Positions 1 through 7,984 of a DNA stretch of 50,439 nt are shown here, one piece after another. Position numbers and translations under genes: made by a program. The notes beneath the pieces were generated by a model. It did no database searches. It was not told where the DNA came from and saw only the letters and a list, made by a program, of their open reading frames with translations. The DNA comes from Crocinitomix sp. (lineage in GTDB: Bacteria > Bacteroidota > Bacteroidia > Flavobacteriales_D > Crocinitomicaceae): the NCBI GenBank assembly GCA_015662905.1, contig DQTE01000318.1, forward strand, positions 1 through 50,439, written 5' to 3'. Each line of letters begins with the position of its first letter. The first letter of the stretch is position 1.

Positions 1-1
1 C

Positions 2-1945
2 ATAGATAGTTTAACCCAATTATTACTTAAAGAGACCAACGAAATAGCGCAGATAGATTTATTAATTGAAATTTCAAAAGAAAACTTTTACACTAACTTT
101 GAATCGGCGCTATCCTCAGCAAAAACAGCTGCAAATATTATAAAACACAGTGCTGAACCTGAAAAACTCCTTAAAAAACAATGCACTGTAGAAAACTTAA
201 TTGGAGCAAGTTACTTAAATTTAGGAAAGCTAGATTTATCATTAGAACATTTTTTAATATCCCTCAAAACTGCAGAAATTATAAAAGACACCGCCTCTTT
301 ATCAAAAGCTAACAATAATTTAGGAATGATTTATGGTTACAAGGGAGAATTTGAAAAATCAAATCAATTTTTTATAAAATCTGCACAATATGCCGAACAG
401 CTTAATAATATTGATGGAGCTGCCATTGCTTACTCTAATGTATCTGCCTCCTATTACGATTTAGGCATACCAGAAAAAGGTGACTATTACTATAATAAAG
501 CCCTAGATTTATATAAAAAAATAAAAGATGATTACGGAATAGCATCTTTATATCTAATTAAAGGCAATGAATACTTAAAAAACAAACAATACAATAAAGC
601 GCTTAAATTTTATGATTTAGCAGAGTCTATCTATAAGAATTTGGGTACTATTGAAAGTTTAATGGATGTATATCAAAACAAAGCTAATCTTTATGCAAGA
701 GTTAATAAAAGAGATGAGTCGATCACATACAATAAAAAGAATTTAGAACTTGCTAAACAACTTAATTCCCCCATGTCAATTTCATTAGCCTACCAAGGTT
801 TATCAGCTATTTATGAGTTAAAAGGCAACATGGGGAAAGCCCTTAAAAATTATAAACTATTCATAGCCTGGAAAGATTCTGTTTTTAATGAGAAAAGCGA
901 AAGTGTGATAGCTGAAATGCAAGCAAAATATAATTATGAAAAAGAAGAACGAGAAAACAAAATCTTAAAACAACAAGCTTCTATTTCTAAACTTGAAATA
1001 GAAAACAAGCAAAAACAATTAAACAGCTCCAGTATTATCATTACCTCAATAATTATAGGTAGTTTTCTTTTAATACTATTAGCATTTTTACTTTACAAAA
1101 AAAATAAATTAAAAGAAGAAACAAACAAAAAACTTATTGAGGTTAATAATCAAATTTCTCTGGCAAAACAAATTATTGAAGAAAAAAACAAAGAAATAAC
1201 AGACAGTATTGAATATGCAAAATATATCCAACAAGCAATTTTACCAAAGAAAGAAACGATTAAAGAATGTTTTAAAGATACTTTACTTATTCTTTTACCT
1301 AAAGATGTGGTCAGTGGTGATTTTTATTGGTTTCTAAAATTTGGCAAATATTCGGTTATCGTTTTAGCTGATTGTACTGGGCATGGTGTGCCTGGTGGCT
1401 TTATGAGTATGATGGGAGTTGAGCTTTTAAATCAAGTTTTAAGTGACCCTTCTATTGTTGAAGCAGGAAAAGTGTTAGAAAAAATAGATGAAAGGATTAA
1501 AAATAATCTAAATAAAAAAGGTTCAAAACGTCAACAAAATGACGGCATGGATATAGCAATATGTATTTTTAATAAGGGAGAAAATATCTTGCAATATGCT
1601 GGAGCTAACAGCCCTTTAATTTTTATACGCGATAAAAAACTCCAAAGAATAGCCCCTGATAAATATGGTGTTGGTGGGGCTCACGAATTAAACAAAACAT
1701 TTAAAACACATTATATTGATATAAAATCAGACGATACATTTTACATGTATAGTGATGGTTTCCCTGATCAATTTGGAGGACCTAAAAATAAAAAATTTAT
1801 GCGTAAAAGATTGCTAAATTTATTTCTAGAGATTTCTAATAAACCTATGGCAGAACAAGAAAAATTATTGCTAAAAGAATTTTATAATTGGAAAGGCAAT
1901 GTAGAACAAGTTGATGATGTAAGTGTAGTGGGAATAAAAATTTAA
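2..1945 (+). CDS. TPR-repeat sensor / transmembrane / SpoIIE (PP2C) Ser/Thr phosphatase, 5'-partial
   Basis: The frame is open from base 2 (IDSLTQLLLK...) into the ORF-track protein, so the true start lies upstream of the window. It has TPR-like helices, one TM segment (IIITSIIIGSFLLILLAFLLY), a coiled coil and PP2C motifs VSGDFY, LADCTGHGVPG, DGMD, YSDG, DDVS. Confidence 0.9.
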   Translation: MDSLTQLLLKETNEIAQIDLLIEISKENFYTNFESALSSAKTAANIIKHSAEPEKLLKKQCTVENLIGASYLNLGKLDLSLEHFLISLKTAEIIKDTASLSKANNNLGMIYGYKGEFEKSNQFFIKSAQYAEQLNNIDGAAIAYSNVSASYYDLGIPEKGDYYYNKALDLYKKIKDDYGIASLYLIKGNEYLKNKQYNKALKFYDLAESIYKNLGTIESLMDVYQNKANLYARVNKRDESITYNKKNLELAKQLNSPMSISLAYQGLSAIYELKGNMGKALKNYKLFIAWKDSVFNEKSESVIAEMQAKYNYEKEERENKILKQQASISKLEIENKQKQLNSSSIIITSIIIGSFLLILLAFLLYKKNKLKEETNKKLIEVNNQISLAKQIIEEKNKEITDSIEYAKYIQQAILPKKETIKECFKDTLLILLPKDVVSGDFYWFLKFGKYSVIVLADCTGHGVPGGFMSMMGVELLNQVLSDPSIVEAGKVLEKIDERIKNNLNKKGSKRQQNDGMDIAICIFNKGENILQYAGANSPLIFIRDKKLQRIAPDKYGVGGAHELNKTFKTHYIDIKSDDTFYMYSDGFPDQFGGPKNKKFMRKRLLNLFLEISNKPMAEQEKLLLKEFYNWKGNVEQVDDVSVVGIKI

Positions 1946-1946
1946 A

Positions 1947-1966
1947 GCCCCACTTTTTAGTGAGGC
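1947..1966 (-). terminator. Intrinsic terminator hairpin after dnaJ, between convergent genes
   Basis: Minus strand GCCTCACT-AAAA-AGTGGGGC followed by TTTAAATTTTT. Confidence 0.6.
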
Positions 1967-1976
1967 CAAATGCTAT

Positions 1977-3095
1977 CTAATTATTAAAAAAATCTTTCAC
2001 CTTTTGAAAAAAGCCTTTTTCTTTGTGTGTTGGTTGAGGTTTAAAATTTTCTGCCCCCCTAAGTTTTTCTAATAAACTTTTTTCTTCTCTAGTTAATTTT
2101 TTTGGTGTCCAAACATTAATGTGAACCAAAATATCTCCCCTTCCATATCCGCGAACATGTGGTAACCCTTTACCTTTTAATCTTAACATTTTTCCAGATT
2201 GTGTTCCTGGTTCTATTTTTATTTTAGCTTTACCTTCAACCAAAGGCACCAAGATTTCAGAACCTAAAGCGGCATCAATAAAGCTAACGTAAGCTTCATA
2301 ATGAAGATTTTGCCCTTCCCTCATTAAGCTTTCGTGCTGAATTTCCTCAATCACTACTAATAAATCGCCTGCTATGCCATTAAACGGTCCTGCATTTCCT
2401 TTTCCAGATAGTTGAAGTTGCATTCCATCCTCAACACCAGCAGGTATTTCAATTACCTCAACAACTTCTTTACGTATTAAACCTTGAGAGTCGGCTCCAG
2501 ATGGTTTTTTATCTATGAATTTTCCAGCCCCTTGACAAGTTGGACAGGTTGATTGCGTTTGCATAGCACCTAACATGGTTTGCATCACTCTTGTTACTCT
2601 ACCCTGCCCATGGCACGTTTGACAATCTTTAAACGATACACCTTTTGCATTAACCAGTTTATTAACCTTAATTTTTTTAGTAACACCATTGGCCATGTCT
2701 TTTAAGGTTAATTTTACTTTAATTCTTAGGTCTGTTCCTCTTATTACTCTTGTTCCTCTTCCTCTACTTTGTCCCCCACCAAAATGCCCGCCAAAAATAT
2801 CTCCAAAGTGGCTAAAGATATCATCCATATTCATTCCGCCACCACCAAATCCAGCACCACCAGCACCAGATACACCTTGATGTCCAAACCTATCATATCG
2901 GGCTCGTTTCTCTTCATTACTAAGTACTTCATAAGCTTCTGCTGCTTCTTTAAATTTTTCCTCAGCTTCTTTATCGTTAGGGTTTTTATCAGGGTGATAT
3001 TTTAGTGCTATTTTTCTGTATGCTTTTTTAATGACTTGAACTGTAGCACTTCTTTCAACACCAAGCACTTCATAATAATCTCTCTTTGAACTCAT
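1977..3095 (-). CDS. dnaJ: Chaperone DnaJ
   Basis: J-domain with HPD, G/F-rich linker, two CxxCxGxG motifs and the C-terminal domain; lies downstream of grpE. Confidence 0.97.
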   Translation of the reverse strand: MSSKRDYYEVLGVERSATVQVIKKAYRKIALKYHPDKNPNDKEAEEKFKEAAEAYEVLSNEEKRARYDRFGHQGVSGAGGAGFGGGGMNMDDIFSHFGDIFGGHFGGGQSRGRGTRVIRGTDLRIKVKLTLKDMANGVTKKIKVNKLVNAKGVSFKDCQTCHGQGRVTRVMQTMLGAMQTQSTCPTCQGAGKFIDKKPSGADSQGLIRKEVVEVIEIPAGVEDGMQLQLSGKGNAGPFNGIAGDLLVVIEEIQHESLMREGQNLHYEAYVSFIDAALGSEILVPLVEGKAKIKIEPGTQSGKMLRLKGKGLPHVRGYGRGDILVHINVWTPKKLTREEKSLLEKLRGAENFKPQPTHKEKGFFQKVKDFFNN

Positions 3096-3110
3096 AATTA
3101 ACTTTATGTA

Positions 3111-3692
3111 TTAATGACCAACTACAACTTTAGGAAATCTTAAAGGTTTACCTTTAAGTGTGTACCCTTTTTCAACACAATCCATTACCTTTCCTTTTTG
3201 GTCTTCTGTCTGTGCAGGTATTTTTGTTATGGCTTCATGAATCTCAGGATCAAAAACCTCACCCTCAACCTCAACATGCTCTAACCCTTTTTGTTTAAGA
3301 ATATTTAAAAATTTATCATGAATTAGTTTAAATCCCTCTTTTACAACTTCTATATCATCAGTCTTATCATTATTTTCGATAGCTCTTTCAAAGTCATCTA
3401 AAACGGTTAACAAATCTCCCATTAAGTCGGCACTTGCCGAGCTAATAATATCGGCTTTTTCTTTAATTGTTCTTTTTCTAAAGTTGTCAAAGTCAGAATA
3501 TAACCTTAAATATTTGTCATTTAACTCGTTATATTTACCCTCTAATGTTGGTTCCTCAGAAGTATTATCTTCTTTATTATCTTCTTTTTCTTTCATTTCT
3601 TCTGTTTCAGAAGTATCAATAGTATCGTTTTTCTCTATTTCTTCTTCTCTTTGTTTTTCTTTTTGATTTTCTTTTTTTTCTTCTTCTGACAT
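3111..3692 (-). CDS. grpE: Nucleotide exchange factor GrpE
   Basis: LRLYSDFDNFRKR, FDPEIHEAI, KGYTL..LR.PKVVV; acidic N-terminus. Confidence 0.96.
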   Translation of the reverse strand: MSEEEKKENQKEKQREEEIEKNDTIDTSETEEMKEKEDNKEDNTSEEPTLEGKYNELNDKYLRLYSDFDNFRKRTIKEKADIISSASADLMGDLLTVLDDFERAIENNDKTDDIEVVKEGFKLIHDKFLNILKQKGLEHVEVEGEVFDPEIHEAITKIPAQTEDQKGKVMDCVEKGYTLKGKPLRFPKVVVGH

Positions 3693-3730
3693 ATCTATTA
3701 AATTTTATCAGTTTCAACACTCGCAACTTA

Positions 3731-3820
3731 TCAAAAGTATTGCCAATTATTTTTTGTTGTCAAAGTGTCAGCGTTTGCAAAAATAGTTTTTTATTTTGTC
3801 ACTAAGTCAGTATTTTTGAC
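3731..3820 (-). promoter_or_regulatory. grpE-dnaJ promoter region: sigma54-like TGGCA-N6-TTGA plus CTGAC-N4-TGACA direct repeats
   Basis: Minus strand TGGCAATACTTTTGA at 3731-3745 (GG-N10-GA). CTGACACTTTGACA at 3758-3771 and CTGACTTAGTGACA at 3797-3810. Confidence 0.5.
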
Positions 3821-3839
3821 ACAATGTTATATAAAATCT

Positions 3840-3847
3840 TACTTTTG
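3840..3847 (+). promoter_or_regulatory. Bacteroidota -7 promoter box for bshB1
   Basis: TACTTTTG matches TAnnTTTG; a TTG sits 21 nt upstream (3816-3818). Confidence 0.6.
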
Positions 3848-3865
3848 TGATGTAATCTAAATAAA

Positions 3866-4582
3866 ATGAATGTAGATATTTTAGCCTTTGCTGCCCACCC
3901 AGATGATATAGAAATTTCTGCATCTGGCACTTTAATGAAACACATTGACATGGGCAAAACTGTTGCCATAGTTGATTTAACTCAAGGAGAACTTGGCTCA
4001 AGAGGTAATGTAGAAAGCAGGCACAAAGAAGCTAAATTAGCTTCTGAAATCATGGGGATTAAACACAGGGTTAACCTTAAACTTTCTGATGGTTTTTTTG
4101 AATTAAATCAACAGAATAAAATTAAGATTATAGAACAAATACGCCATTTTAAACCAACAGTTGTGCTTTGTAACGCTATATCTGATAGACACCCCGATCA
4201 TGGACGGGCTTCTCAACTTGTGAGTGAAGCGTGTTTTCTATCTGGATTACTTAAAATTGAAACTGAATTTAATAATGTGCAACAAGAAAAATGGCGTCCT
4301 ATAGCTGTTTATCATTACATTCAAGATAGATATATTAAACCCGATTTTGTAGTTGATATTTCTGATTACGTAGATAGAAAAATTGAAGTCCTAAAAGCGT
4401 ACAAAACTCAATTTTTTAACCCTAAAATAACCCATGTTAACACGCCAATATCTGGTAAAGATTTTTTTGACTTTTTAAAAGGTAGATGGAAAGATTTTGG
4501 ACGTAATATCAATGTTAATTATGCTGAAGGCTTTACGGTTGAACGTGTTATTGGTATAGAAGATATTACAACCTTAAAATAA
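3866..4582 (+). CDS. bshB1: Bacillithiol biosynthesis deacetylase (PIG-L family)
   Basis: AHPDD, DLTQGELGSRG, DRHPDH and AEGF motifs; bshA is also in the window. Confidence 0.9.
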   Translation: MNVDILAFAAHPDDIEISASGTLMKHIDMGKTVAIVDLTQGELGSRGNVESRHKEAKLASEIMGIKHRVNLKLSDGFFELNQQNKIKIIEQIRHFKPTVVLCNAISDRHPDHGRASQLVSEACFLSGLLKIETEFNNVQQEKWRPIAVYHYIQDRYIKPDFVVDISDYVDRKIEVLKAYKTQFFNPKITHVNTPISGKDFFDFLKGRWKDFGRNINVNYAEGFTVERVIGIEDITTLK

Positions 4583-4591
4583 CAACAAATA

Positions 4592-6286
4592 TCAATCGCT
4601 AACAAATTCAACTTCTACCCTGCGGTTTAAGTCTCTGCCCCACTTGTAGGTGTTTGTTGCGATAGGGTTATTTGCCCCATGCCCCCTATAAATAAGTCTG
4701 TTTGGTCTAACTCCTTTTGATACCAAATAGTCATATACTGCTTTTGCACGTTGCTCAGACAAAATTTTGTTTTTTTCAGGTATTCCACTTGCGTCAGTAT
4801 AACCATTAATTACAATTTTAAGGTGTTTATGATTATTTAAGTAATCCACTAATAGGTTTAACAATTGAACCCCTTCGTTGGTAGTATCAGGCAATGCTGC
4901 ACTGCTGGATTCAAAAATAAGAGAATCTATAATAAAATTTGATTGTAAAAGTTCTTGCGGGTGGCTAAAGAAATAAGATAGGTACTTTTTTTCATCATCA
5001 GATGTTGTAGCTGTAACTACCACATTTTCATCTACTAATTTATTGGCACTATGGATAGTTTTTTGAAGAATCTTTACTTCTATTCGTCTATTCCCCGCTC
5101 TGGTTGATTTGTATCTATTACTATAAATAGGTTTAGCTGGACCATAACCTGCATAAGAAATTCTATCAGCAGAATATCCGCTTGCTATTAAATGATCGTA
5201 AACAAATTTTGCCCTTTGTTTAGATAAGTTTACATTTTTAGCATAACTTCCCGAGTTATCTGTATAACCTCCAATTTCAATTTTCAAATTTTGGTCGGCA
5301 TCTAGTGCTTTTTTCAAATTAACAATATCAGGGTGATTGGAAATATTTGCAAAAGAAGTTTTATTGGGACCAAATTTTACATTATACAAAACTATTTGAT
5401 AACCTACAGGAATAGCCTCCGGTACAATAACCAAATGTTCTATTTCTATATGTAATTGAGTGCTATCAATATGCTCGGGCATAGGTGGACACAAACATTG
5501 TTGTAAGGAATCCGAAATCATAAATTCTTTATAAGGCTTAAAGGCTTTAATTCTCTCACGCTGATGTTGGTACCTAGGACTTGTATTTGCGCCATCTGTT
5601 CCAATGTCCCAGTAGTTAACCGCATCCCAATCAGAATAATTACAAAACTGTTTTAGAATTACCGCTGAAATATAACCGGAAGCATGCCAGCCATTCCAAC
5701 AGTGTAGATACACAGGACCAATACTGTCATATATAATTGATTCATATACCATTTTTAACATGTCATATACATGCGAAGAATCATAGTAATCTTTCTGATA
5801 ATACTCAAATTTATTCCAGCTTCCATTAGCACAATTGCAAGTGTCTCCTATTGGTGAATTTTCAAAATTTTCTCTATAAAGATAAACCCCTTTTGAAAAT
5901 CCTTCTTTACACAGGTTATTCATACCATCTAAAGGTATAGGATTGTGATTATGCCTTTTATCCGTTAAGTGATAATAATTGTTTGCTCCTCCCCTATAAG
6001 CTACGCCATGAAGAATGGGGCGCATATTTCTGGTACCGTATAAACTGTCAAAACCATTACCTTTATTATCGGTAATTTTATACATTAAATTTTCTTCTTT
6101 GTACCTTTTCTTATAGTAATCATACGTAAACACAAATTTACCTTTTACAGTAAACAGTGAGTCGTAATTTACTGGCTTTAAAGTATCGGTTATTACATAA
6201 TCATACAAGCCAATCCATACTGTGTCTTTCTGTGACAGTAGAGAAAAACTATATAAAATAAATAATACCAACAAAGATATACGCAT
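4592..6286 (-). CDS. Exported protein: PTP/DSP-like domain fused to two OmpA_C peptidoglycan-binding domains
   Basis: Signal peptide; NMRPILHGVAYRGG and GPVYLHCWNGWHASG; two copies of GYTD...N..LS.QRA..V...L...NRR(I/V)E. Confidence 0.8.
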   Translation of the reverse strand: MRISLLVLFILYSFSLLSQKDTVWIGLYDYVITDTLKPVNYDSLFTVKGKFVFTYDYYKKRYKEENLMYKITDNKGNGFDSLYGTRNMRPILHGVAYRGGANNYYHLTDKRHNHNPIPLDGMNNLCKEGFSKGVYLYRENFENSPIGDTCNCANGSWNKFEYYQKDYYDSSHVYDMLKMVYESIIYDSIGPVYLHCWNGWHASGYISAVILKQFCNYSDWDAVNYWDIGTDGANTSPRYQHQRERIKAFKPYKEFMISDSLQQCLCPPMPEHIDSTQLHIEIEHLVIVPEAIPVGYQIVLYNVKFGPNKTSFANISNHPDIVNLKKALDADQNLKIEIGGYTDNSGSYAKNVNLSKQRAKFVYDHLIASGYSADRISYAGYGPAKPIYSNRYKSTRAGNRRIEVKILQKTIHSANKLVDENVVVTATTSDDEKKYLSYFFSHPQELLQSNFIIDSLIFESSSAALPDTTNEGVQLLNLLVDYLNNHKHLKIVINGYTDASGIPEKNKILSEQRAKAVYDYLVSKGVRPNRLIYRGHGANNPIATNTYKWGRDLNRRVEVEFVSD

Positions 6287-6415
6287 AGGAGCAAATTTAA
6301 CTTGAATAGATGTAATATATCAAATTATGTGCTAAAGTTTTTAACAAAAAAAATTGAGTTGACTTATTTTAATGAAAATATACTATATTTAGTGTCAGAT
6401 TAAATAACTACACGC

Positions 6416-6949
6416 ATGCCATTTAATAAATTAGACCATACAGCTATTGGAAAAATAAAACCACGTTTTAAGTTAGAAACACCAGAGTCGAAAGAAACCG
6501 TTATGAAATTAATTCTTGATGAAGCTAAAAAAGATGATTCTGTAGTGGTTTCAACGTTTACAAGATTTATAAAGTTACGGTGTCCTGATAAACATTTACA
6601 TTATTGGTCTCCTGTAATGAATTTAACCTTTGATTGGGATGAATATGATAAAAAAACGTATATAAGAGGCGTAATTGGACCTAATGAAAAAGTTTGGTCA
6701 ATGTTTATGTTTTTTTATATTGGTCTAATTGTTATTGGAATGTTCGGCGGTATTTACTCTTTATCAAAATGGCAAGTGAGTGGTGATACCTCTTTGTTAT
6801 GGATTGGACCATTGTGTTTATTTTTATTTGGTTCAATTTTTACAGTTGCAAAGTTTGGTAAACGTAAAGCACATTTACAAATGTTACATTTGTTAAGGTT
6901 TTTAAGACGCGCAGTTGATCCTATTGAATGTGTTAGAACTGATAAGTAA
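6416..6949 (+). CDS. Hypothetical membrane protein with two C-terminal TM helices
   Basis: PRF, HYWSP and GP..VW.MFMF.Y motifs resemble a Bacteroidota hypothetical family; two hydrophobic segments. Confidence 0.7.
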   Translation: MPFNKLDHTAIGKIKPRFKLETPESKETVMKLILDEAKKDDSVVVSTFTRFIKLRCPDKHLHYWSPVMNLTFDWDEYDKKTYIRGVIGPNEKVWSMFMFFYIGLIVIGMFGGIYSLSKWQVSGDTSLLWIGPLCLFLFGSIFTVAKFGKRKAHLQMLHLLRFLRRAVDPIECVRTDK

Positions 6950-6957
6950 GTAAAAAA

Positions 6958-7980
6958 TTGAAATTGAAAAGAAGAAAATTTATAAAGAGCAGTACATTGT
7001 TTACAGTAACAGGATTTGGTTTAACTACCCTATCCCACCCTCCTAGCACACCACAAATAATACGACCAAAAAGATTAGTAAAAGGTGATACAATTGCACT
7101 TACAGCTCCTGCTGGTGCAATTTTCAACACTAAGCACATTGAACATATTGAAAACAGATTACATAAACTTGGTTTTAAAACAATAAAAGGCAAAACTTTA
7201 TTTAAACATGAGGGGTATTTAGCAGGAAATGATCAATTTAGAGCTTCAGAATTACATGGTTTTTTTAAAGATAAAACTGTCAAGGCCATTATAACCATGC
7301 GTGGTGGTTGGGGCTGTGCCAGACTATTAGATTTGTTAGATTACAAATTAATAAAAAATAATCCAAAAGTTTTAATGGGATATTCTGACATTACCGCTTT
7401 ACTTGTGGCTATTACTGAAAAAACAGGATTAATAACTTACCACGGCCCCATGGGGTATTCCAGTTGGAAAAGCTTTTCTGCATCACAGGTTTTAAAAGTC
7501 TTAATTGAAGGTAACCCTTTTAGAATGAATAATCCTAATGACTACAAAAAAGATTTAGCAACTCTATCAAAAGGTTATGCTATTGGAAAATTAATTGGTG
7601 GAAATTTAACTGTAATCACATCTTTAATTGGCACTAAGTATGAACCCAATTGGGAAGACAAAATTCTTTTTTTAGAAGAAACACATGAAGAACCTTATAG
7701 AATTGACCGAATGTTATATCAATTAAAACTTGCAGGCGTTTTTAACCAAATAAATGGCTGCGTTTTAGGTTCTTTTAACAAGTGTGAACCTGAAGAACCT
7801 GAAAAATCATTTAATTTGAATGAAGTTTTAAATCAGCATTTTAAAAATAAAAACTTTCCTGTTTATAAAGGCGCAACTTTCGGACATTTAATTCCAAAAT
7901 TTACATTACCAATTGGCATTAAAGTTAAAATTGATGCGGATAACCATTTTATAGAACTATTAGAACGCAGTGTGAACTAA
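6958..7980 (+). CDS. LD-carboxypeptidase (peptidase S66) with twin-arginine signal
   Basis: RRKFIK leader; RGGWG, GYSDIT (Ser), LFLEE (Glu) and FGH (His) triad motifs. Confidence 0.92.
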   Translation: MKLKRRKFIKSSTLFTVTGFGLTTLSHPPSTPQIIRPKRLVKGDTIALTAPAGAIFNTKHIEHIENRLHKLGFKTIKGKTLFKHEGYLAGNDQFRASELHGFFKDKTVKAIITMRGGWGCARLLDLLDYKLIKNNPKVLMGYSDITALLVAITEKTGLITYHGPMGYSSWKSFSASQVLKVLIEGNPFRMNNPNDYKKDLATLSKGYAIGKLIGGNLTVITSLIGTKYEPNWEDKILFLEETHEEPYRIDRMLYQLKLAGVFNQINGCVLGSFNKCEPEEPEKSFNLNEVLNQHFKNKNFPVYKGATFGHLIPKFTLPIGIKVKIDADNHFIELLERSVN

Positions 7981-7984
7981 AATT

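Noticed and set aside
3560-3690. Pyrimidine-rich low-complexity tract
   Set aside because: It is the Glu/Lys-rich disordered N-terminus of GrpE on the minus strand.
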